Shown in pieces: positions 26,685 to 32,000 of a stretch of 32,000 nt of DNA. This DNA comes from Pectobacterium phage My1: sequence record JX195166.1; one strand, 5' to 3'. Every line of letters starts with the position of its first letter. Position 1 is the first letter of the stretch. The notes under the pieces are model-generated. The model was given only the letters and a program-made list of their open reading frames with translations. It ran no database searches and was not told the origin of the DNA. A program made the translations under genes and the position numbers.

Positions 26685-26919
26685 GACGTTTGTTTCCTAC
26701 AGCAAGTCTACTAGGTTTAACCCCAAAGTGCTCTTCATAAGCTCCGCTAAGACGCCCCTGCTTAGTTCTACAGTATTTGTCCCAGTCCCTGTAATAGATA
26801 AACTCTTCATTATATCGGGGTCTACGATCTGCTATAAGTATCTGCAAGGGCCACCCCTTTGCGTACTCTCTTAGTGAGTTTATTCGCCGTATGTACTTGC
26901 GTTTTAGTTTACGTCTCAT
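26677..26919 (-). CDS. basic hypothetical protein
   Basis: ORF. Confidence 0.6.
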   Translation of the reverse strand: MRRKLKRKYIRRINSLREYAKGWPLQILIADRRPRYNEEFIYYRDWDKYCRTKQGRLSGAYEEHFGVKPSRLAVGNKRLA

Positions 26920-26933
26920 GTTGTCTCCTAATT

Positions 26934-27009
26934 TGGCTGAAGTATAAGGTCTCGAACCTTAAACCTCCTGAGTCAGAGTCAGGCGCTCTACCAATTGAGC
27001 TATACTTCA
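26934..27009 (-). tRNA. tRNA-Gln(CUG)
   Basis: TGAAGTA...TACTTCA-G-CCA, loop CTCTGAC, T-arm TAAGG-TTCGAGA-CCTTA. Confidence 0.9.
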
Positions 27010-27013
27010 ATTA

Positions 27014-27410
27014 TGCGCACCTGCTGAGTACAAACTGTGTCGCCATCTCGAACCCAGATTAACTGGTGGAAGAAGGACGAAAAGGGCTTTGATCCAGAGG
27101 ACTAACCTCGTCACTCTCAGCAGGATTTTCTTGGGGTGACCGGTGGGTAACGATCCCACTTCCTCGATGTCACAGATCGAACATCATCCAAATAAATGCT
27201 TCGGCCACAAGTGAGAGCTATAGAGGGCTGATCAGACCATCCACCCTAGAAGCTAGTATACTCATACCTAGGGGTTAGACACCGTACATACGGAATACGT
27301 CCAGATTACTCCAGGTATTCATCGTGATGCTCTACGAATAACTATAGCTCTCACTTGTAGCTCCTAACTGTCAGTATGCGCAAACCAGTTGCCTGACAGC
27401 TAGGAAATTT
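27014..27410 (-). ncRNA. candidate large structured RNA (about 400 nt) inside the tRNA array
   Basis: No ORF; helices 27361-27374/27393-27406, 27205-27223/27342-27360, 27136-27140/27169-27173, 27020-27028/27116-27124. Confidence 0.6.
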
Positions 27411-27412
27411 TC

Positions 27413-27619
27413 TTAACTCCAGCCATCATTATATTGATGTGGAATCGGTTTCCCAGTAGTGTACCAAGGTTGCTCCCTTGCGTTCTCTAACCTAGCCTTT
27501 AGTAGAGCGTTATCATGTTCTAAGACACGTATTTCGTTTAGTAACGATCTGATAAGAGTATCTTTATCAGTAAACTCATTACTGTGATACAAATGGTAGT
27601 AATGCTTATGCGCACTCAT
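27413..27619 (-). CDS. hypothetical 68-aa protein
   Basis: ORF with GAGGTG upstream of the ATG. Confidence 0.65.
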   Translation of the reverse strand: MSAHKHYYHLYHSNEFTDKDTLIRSLLNEIRVLEHDNALLKARLENAREQPWYTTGKPIPHQYNDGWS

Positions 27620-27637
27620 ATTTCACCTCGTTATAAG

Positions 27638-27765
27638 AGAAGTAGTAGGGTTCGAACCTACAAAGGCACTCCCACTCGCCAAGCTGCTTTATAAGGTAGT
27701 TTCTTGAGATAGGATGTCTCAATAAACCTATAGGCTGCCCTGTCTACCACATTTCAGCATACTTC
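27638..27765 (-). tRNA. tRNA-like, oversized and unresolved (Leu-like 5' half), no encoded CCA
   Basis: GAAGTA/TACTTC acceptor, GTAGG-TTCGAAC-CCTAC T-arm, Leu-type D-arm, but about 128 nt long with an extra hairpin. Confidence 0.4.
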
Positions 27766-27770
27766 AATTT

Positions 27771-27865
27771 TGGCGGAAGTTGTGAGGATCGAACTCACAC
27801 GGCATGTCACCATACCCAAACGTTTTCAAGACGCAGCCCGACGCCAGCCTTCGGGTGGAACTTCC
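27771..27865 (-). tRNA. tRNA-Ser(UGA)
   Basis: GGAAGTT/AACTTCC-G-CCA, loop CTTGAAA, long variable arm. Confidence 0.85.
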
Positions 27866-27870
27866 AAATA

Positions 27871-28209
27871 CTATTTTCCAAAGTGAAGCACGTACAAACT
27901 ATTTGGCATACACTCCGGGTCACATAACCAATGGTACTCCCCATCACTAGGGTATACAGTATCATAAGCGTATTCCTGACCTTCATACTGTACTCTAGGT
28001 ACTAGGTCTCCATAACCAGGATTTTTACGTCTAGTATGCCCCTCGTATACCTTATCTCTAGGAGGAAATAGGGACTTCTTGGGGTCATCACGTATTAACC
28101 ATACGTGTACTTCACCCACTCCCTTATCTTCAGCAGCTCCTAGGAATAGGTGCCCCTGTTCATAGAACTTTATGTCATCATTGTGACAGTAGGATAGTAA
28201 AAGATTCAT
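27871..28209 (-). CDS. hypothetical protein
   Basis: ORF. Confidence 0.6.
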   Translation of the reverse strand: MNLLLSYCHNDDIKFYEQGHLFLGAAEDKGVGEVHVWLIRDDPKKSLFPPRDKVYEGHTRRKNPGYGDLVPRVQYEGQEYAYDTVYPSDGEYHWLCDPECMPNSLYVLHFGK

Positions 28210-28529
28210 TAATGACTCACCTGAAATTCTCTAACGTGGACAAAACCACAATTGACACAGGATTTAGTCTCTGTTTCAGTCAATGTTACTCTAGAGTATC
28301 CGTCGTGGCTGTCAGAGTATCTACTTTGCCCCCAAACATGATCGCAGAGACTTTGAATCTCTTTCACTATAGAATCAACACGTTTTACAGCCTCATCTAC
28401 CGCTCTATGAGCATAAACTAACTGCTCTCTAAGCTCTGTAATACGTCGCTCATTTAAAGTATGAGGAGAAACGTCGTACCCTCTAGACTGCAATATACTT
28501 ACTAGTTCTTGGTTAGATAACTCTGACAC
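28209..28529 (-). CDS. hypothetical protein with C-terminal Cys/His pairs
   Basis: CDHVW...SCVNCGFVH. Confidence 0.6.
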   Translation of the reverse strand: MSELSNQELVSILQSRGYDVSPHTLNERRITELREQLVYAHRAVDEAVKRVDSIVKEIQSLCDHVWGQSRYSDSHDGYSRVTLTETETKSCVNCGFVHVREFQVSH

Positions 28530-28597
28530 TATATACCCCCTTTAAATCTGATTCTGAAACTAAGCGGTGTACTTCCCTAGTAGGGGCAAGAATAGCG

Positions 28598-28638
28598 CTT
28601 AATGAATAGCTCAATTAGCAGTTGAGCTATTGGTTAAG
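28598..28638. terminator. Strong intergenic hairpin CTTAA..AATAGCTCAA-N7-TTGAGCTATT..TTAAG
   Basis: 10-bp perfect stem plus 5-bp extension across a 2x2 loop. Confidence 0.45.
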
Positions 28639-28673
28639 TACTAACCTTCGTTAGTTAGTTAAGTGTGTTAATT

Positions 28674-28765
28674 TGGCGGAAGAAGAGAGATTCGAACTCT
28701 CAAGCCGGATTTCTCCAGTCAGCTACTTTCCAAGCAGTTTTAGTCGCCAGTCTATTTGTTCTTCC
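28674..28765 (-). tRNA. tRNA-Ser(GGA)
   Basis: GGAAGAA/TTCTTCC-G-CCA, loop TTGGAAA, long variable arm. Confidence 0.85.
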
Positions 28766-29262
28766 AAAATTTGTTTAACTTCTTCAAGATTAGCGTACAC
28801 CCACTCATTATTTCTATTTGGGAATTGCCTTAGTACCCTGTCTTCAAGAGCTATGTAATCGAGACATATAACATAGTACTCCAAAGTATAGTTTCTGAAG
28901 GGAGAATAAGTTTGGTATTGACTAAGTCTTGTCTCCGCATCTACAGATGCCCCTATTTTTACCCAGCCGGGGTACGCAGGATTAGTAATCAAATATACAT
29001 ATCCTATAGTATGGGATACCCCCTCTCTTTTACAGAGTAGCTGTAAAGCTCGCATAACCTGTGGGATTTTAAACCTGTGAGCGTCTTTAAAACTTTTTGA
29101 ATCTACTAATTTATTAGGATAGGCTTTAATAGTGCTTTCTAAGGAGTATCGATTAATAATTCGCTCTCTACCTTCGGTAGTAGTGTAGTCTAGTTTATTT
29201 GATACTATCCAATCCAGTAATAGACTAACGTTATCTTTTCTGTTATTTACAGAAGTTTTCAT
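28723..29262 (-). CDS. GIY-YIG-type protein, T5orf172-like domain
   Basis: GYVYLITNPAYPGWVKIGASVDAETRLSQYQTYSPF...LEDRVLRQF. Confidence 0.75.
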   Translation of the reverse strand: MKTSVNNRKDNVSLLLDWIVSNKLDYTTTEGRERIINRYSLESTIKAYPNKLVDSKSFKDAHRFKIPQVMRALQLLCKREGVSHTIGYVYLITNPAYPGWVKIGASVDAETRLSQYQTYSPFRNYTLEYYVICLDYIALEDRVLRQFPNRNNEWVYANLEEVKQILEEQIDWRLKLLGK

Positions 29263-29277
29263 GCTACTCCTTTAATT

Positions 29278-29362
29278 TGGTGGGGCTAGGGAGACTCGAA
29301 CTCCCACGCATTTAAGCTACAGATTCTAAGACTGTATTGTCTACCAGTTCCAGCATAACCCC
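29278..29362 (-). tRNA. tRNA-Leu(UAG)
   Basis: GGGGTTA/TAGCCCC-A-CCA, loop CTTAGAA, variable arm. Confidence 0.9.
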
Positions 29363-29366
29363 ATAA

Positions 29367-29552
29367 TTTTCTTAGGCTCTCTTATCTTTTACGTCATGTT
29401 TTGCACTTCTTGGCAAAACATGCAGTAATATCCTTCTTTACACTACAGGGTTTGCGACCCATGCTGGAGAGCCATTTCCAGTCTGTCTCCTTAAATGGAG
29501 AAGTGCGTTTTGCAAGCCGACTCAAGGTACAGGGATAAGAGACCTAAGAAAA
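29367..29552 (-). ncRNA. candidate structured RNA (about 185 nt) closed by a 19-bp bulged helix
   Basis: 29367-29386 pairs with 29534-29552 (bulge at 29377); internal 10-bp hairpin 29395-29404/29413-29422. Confidence 0.6.
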
Positions 29553-29564
29553 CTAAAGTTAAGG

Positions 29565-29592
29565 AGAAAACGCTCTCCTTAACTTGTACAAA
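29565..29592 (-). terminator. Rho-independent terminator-like hairpin
   Basis: GTTAAGGAGA-GCGTTT-TCTCCTTAAC then TTTAGTTTTC. Confidence 0.65.
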
Positions 29593-29629
29593 TATTATAT
29601 CAAAAATATAAGCTGAAAGCAAATGAATT

Positions 29630-29917
29630 TTAAGCTGAACCGTTATCACCTACAATTGCTGATGCATCAATCACCATTACTCCTATCATACTACTAGAAA
29701 TAGAGCCACTAGTAACCTTTGCTGGAGTAATGCCAATAGCAGCATTGGCTAGATCAATCATGCGGCCAATATCTTGCAACTTGGCAGCGCATTCTTTACG
29801 AGTCTGATGCTGTAATGCAAGCTCATATTCAGCTTCTTTAATACGATCTTCCGTACAACCCATTGCTTTTTCCATACGTGTGCGTTCACGCAGTAATACT
29901 TCTAGTGCAAAAGACAT
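29630..29917 (-). CDS. hypothetical protein
   Basis: Start MSFALEVLL with AGGAG; the longer ORF would start inside tRNA-Val. Confidence 0.65.
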   Translation of the reverse strand: MSFALEVLLRERTRMEKAMGCTEDRIKEAEYELALQHQTRKECAAKLQDIGRMIDLANAAIGITPAKVTSGSISSSMIGVMVIDASAIVGDNGSA

Positions 29918-29932
29918 ATATTCTCCTGAGTA

Positions 29933-30007
29933 TGGTACTCGCTGATAGAATCGAACTATCATCCCTAGCATGTAAGGCTAGTATTCTAACCGTTGAACTA
30001 AGCGAGC
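29933..30007 (-). tRNA. tRNA-Val(UAC)
   Basis: GCTCGCT/AGCGAGT-A-CCA, CTAGC-CTTACAT-GCTAG. Confidence 0.9.
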
Positions 30008-30015
30008 TTTGAAAG

Positions 30016-30091
30016 TGGTACTCCGAACTGGACTCGAACCAGTGTTTGGCGATTATCGGTCGCCTGTTCTAACCAACTGAACTATCAGAGC
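30016..30091 (-). tRNA. tRNA-Ile(GAU), unusual C33
   Basis: GCTCTGA/TCGGAGT-A-CCA, GGCGA-CCGATAA-TCGCC. Confidence 0.8.
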
Positions 30092-30486
30092 ATTTGGTAG
30101 TCTTCCACCATATTTATACCGATCTTCTGGTTATTTTTAGGTGGAATAGTTCTTACAGCTACTTGGTACTTATCCCCGACAATGTCTATGGGCATAAATA
30201 CGTATATATCGTCTTCTTCATTGTACGCAAAGAAGTAATCCACAGAATCTTTATAGTGCTTTCTGGCTTCACCTTTAACAGAGTTAGATCTAGTACTGAA
30301 CTCGTACTTCCCTTCCTCTACTTTACGAAGGGTTTTTACTTGCACCTTGAGCAACCTGTTAGCTGAGTCTATGATTGCGTCGTACCTAGCGTTATCTCCA
30401 AATGGGAGACTTATGTCTATTTGGCGGCGCACACATTCATAAATAAATCGAGACTCGGCAATATTCCCTACATGCTTACTATTCAC
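30085..30486 (-). CDS. PD-(D/E)XK-type nuclease candidate
   Basis: KHVGNIAESRFIYEC...ISLPFGDNARYDAIID...LLKVQVKT. Confidence 0.65.
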   Translation of the reverse strand: MNSKHVGNIAESRFIYECVRRQIDISLPFGDNARYDAIIDSANRLLKVQVKTLRKVEEGKYEFSTRSNSVKGEARKHYKDSVDYFFAYNEEDDIYVFMPIDIVGDKYQVAVRTIPPKNNQKIGINMVEDYQML

Positions 30487-30498
30487 TTATTTATACCC

Positions 30499-30690
30499 TT
30501 AACGTTTACCATTTCGTGGTGCTCCGGGACGCTTTGCAACTTTAATCATTGAAGCCTTAATAGCTTCAATATTTTTCGGAGTTTGATCTTCTGGTTTTAG
30601 TCCAGAAACGCTACACCATTTCTTGCCTTCCCACAAAGTTAGTACTAAAACTACGTTAGCTTCGAAAAATTTTTCGGTGAACTTAAACAT
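30499..30690 (-). CDS. hypothetical 63-aa protein
   Basis: ORF with AGGAG upstream. Confidence 0.6.
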   Translation of the reverse strand: MFKFTEKFFEANVVLVLTLWEGKKWCSVSGLKPEDQTPKNIEAIKASMIKVAKRPGAPRNGKR

Positions 30691-30705
30691 ACAAACTCCT
30701 AAATT

Positions 30706-30780
30706 TGGTGCGGGATGAGGGAGTCGAACCCTCGTCTACTGGGTGGAAGCCAGTTATTCTAGCCACTGAACTAATCACGC
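30706..30780 (-). tRNA. tRNA-Gly(UCC)
   Basis: ACTGG-CTTCCAC-CCAGT; acceptor GCGTGAT/ATCCCGC has one T-C mismatch; CCA encoded. Confidence 0.85.
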
Positions 30781-30789
30781 ATAAATTAT

Positions 30790-30999
30790 TTAATGCTTAG
30801 CTAACCTAGCTACAGAGGTTATGGTACTAATGCGGTATACTAGATCTTCATACTTATCTCCAGTATGAATATGCACTCCCCTACTATGATCAGTAATTAC
30901 TGCAATATCATCAGCCCCCTTTTCTATAGTATGGTTTGGGCCTAAAATCACTATTCTAGGAACTTTATTTTTAGGAGAGCTGATTTCGAGAATTAACAT
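30790..30999 (-). CDS. hypothetical protein
   Basis: Start MLILEISS with GGAGG upstream. Confidence 0.6.
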   Translation of the reverse strand: MLILEISSPKNKVPRIVILGPNHTIEKGADDIAVITDHSRGVHIHTGDKYEDLVYRISTITSVARLAKH

Positions 31000-31330
31000 A
31001 ATCCTCCAGCATACCCAAAGTAAAGTAGTCACTTGAACCTGAGTGCATAGACACCAAAATTGTGCTGCTACGGTCACTAGTTTTATCAACTTCATGATAT
31101 ACTAGGAAACAAAACTCTTTGAACACAGGATTATCAAGATTACCCTTAGCCACATCAATCAAGTCTTTATACTTGATCTCAAAACCAGAAGTTTTGAGGG
31201 TAAATGCCATCTCATTTTCAATGGGTTTAAGAGCATCGTACATGTCAAATTCCATGTTCCAGCCCTGTCGAATAGCATCTTCGGATAAGTAATGCCAGAA
31301 AAATCTAGGAATACTAGATTGACCTTTCAT
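30971..31330 (-). CDS. hypothetical protein
   Basis: ORF. Confidence 0.65.
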   Translation of the reverse strand: MKGQSSIPRFFWHYLSEDAIRQGWNMEFDMYDALKPIENEMAFTLKTSGFEIKYKDLIDVAKGNLDNPVFKEFCFLVYHEVDKTSDRSSTILVSMHSGSSDYFTLGMLEDYVNSRNQLS

Positions 31331-31524
31331 TAGAGGTTCTCCTGTGTTTCTATGGAGAAGAAGGCTAAAGCCATAATGTATGTACCTTTATCTTCATCTG
31401 ACTCTAGGGAGTCAAACTGTTTGTGTAGCTGCTCTAGATAGGCTTTAAACTTATCCTCAGCACCTACCTCAGCAATCATACCACGAATAAATGTCTTTTG
31501 AAGTTCTAATTCTGTCTTAGCCAT
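31330..31524 (-). CDS. hypothetical protein
   Basis: ORF adjoining 30971-31330. Confidence 0.6.
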   Translation of the reverse strand: MAKTELELQKTFIRGMIAEVGAEDKFKAYLEQLHKQFDSLESDEDKGTYIMALAFFSIETQENL

Positions 31525-31550
31525 GAGTCTTTCCTATTAGTTAGTAAACT

Positions 31551-31628
31551 TGGTAGTGTATATTGAAATCGAACCAATCTCGACGCACCGTATGAAAGTG
31601 CCGTATTCACCGTGACTACCCATACACT
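31551..31628 (-). tRNA. tRNA with CAU anticodon (Met/fMet/Ile2 not resolved)
   Basis: AGTGTAT/ATACACT-A-CCA, GCACT-TTCATAC-GGTGC. Confidence 0.75.
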
Positions 31629-31633
31629 AAATT

Positions 31634-31711
31634 TGGTGCCTCCCCGAGGATTCGAACCTACGTGCCTTCCGGTTATGAGCCGGGTGCTCATACCATATGA
31701 GCTTGAGAAGC
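31634..31711 (-). tRNA. tRNA with CAU anticodon, T-stem partly mismatched
   Basis: GCTTCTC/GGGAGGC-A-CCA, loop CTCATAA; T-stem GTAGG vs CCTCG. Confidence 0.75.
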
Positions 31712-31717
31712 AATGTT

Positions 31718-31794
31718 TGGTACACCACCCCAGATTCGAACTGGGAACTCTGAAGTCTTAAGCCTCATGCCTCTACCAATTGGGCCAGTGATGC
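31718..31794 (-). tRNA. tRNA with UAA anticodon but no long variable arm
   Basis: GCATCAC/GTGGTGT-A-CCA, TGAGG-CTTAAGA-CTTCA, variable region GAGTT. Confidence 0.75.
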
Positions 31795-31795
31795 A

Positions 31796-31954
31796 TTAAA
31801 TTTCTTCTACCTTATGTATTTCAAGGTGTTTTTGTGTATTGAAGAAGTCAGTTCGTAGTCTAAACTCGCTTTTGGCATGAACACAGAAAGCTGGTTGTAG
31901 TTTACCACGCTTACTTCCACTAACATATGAAGTAGTTACTCGGAACTTTTTCAT
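31796..31954 (-). CDS. 52-aa basic protein MKKFRVTTSYVSGSKRGKLQPAFCVHAKSEFRLRTDFFNTQKHLEIHKVEEI
   Basis: Hand translation; stop lies 1 nt from the tRNA 5' end. Confidence 0.55.
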   Translation of the reverse strand: MKKFRVTTSYVSGSKRGKLQPAFCVHAKSEFRLRTDFFNTQKHLEIHKVEEI

Positions 31955-32000
31955 TAAATCTCTAGTCCTTCAAAATACCGTGGGAATGGACTACCTACTT

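Noticed and set aside
27014-27410. Group I intron, RNase P RNA or tmRNA
   Set aside because: I could not find the conserved core motifs of these classes; left as an unassigned structured RNA.
28673-28858. Plus-strand ORF MAEEERFELSSRIS...
   Set aside because: Antisense to tRNA-Ser(GGA) and the GIY-YIG gene.
31506-31691. Plus-strand ORF MSTRLITGRHVGSNPRGG...
   Set aside because: Antisense to two tRNA genes.
31960-32000. Partial tRNA at the window edge
   Set aside because: TGG-like start may be a CCA end, but the diagnostic T-arm is beyond the window.

Overview
The window looks like the left part of a T5-like siphophage genome (Demerecviridae). It runs from a pre-early region with dmp-, A1- and A2-like genes, through a long non-coding repeat region (about 11.7-13.6 kb), to early genes with a T5-type lysis cassette and the start of a tRNA array. 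Almost everything is on the minus strand, apart from a small plus-strand cassette at 10.6-11.67 kb. The most interesting material is not in the large ORFs. (1) Non-coding pre-early DNA carries five Fur-box-like sites on a near-35-bp period, LexA-box-like sites matching 18/20 of the consensus, and DnaA boxes. (2) Copies of a boxA-like CGCTCTTTAACA element lie in the direction of pre-early transcription. (3) About ten copies of a GTGCAAATCCGAC element occur, one flanked by an 18-nt exact match inside the start of a distant phosphoesterase gene. (4) Two ORF-free, highly base-paired putative structured RNAs lie inside the tRNA array, each with a helix of about 19 bp. (5) Two putative nuclease genes have 3' ends that run into tRNA genes. 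(6) Several tRNAs are anomalous. (7) Runs of microproteins are missing from the 60-aa ORF track. All function and family calls are by eye; no search or folding program was run.
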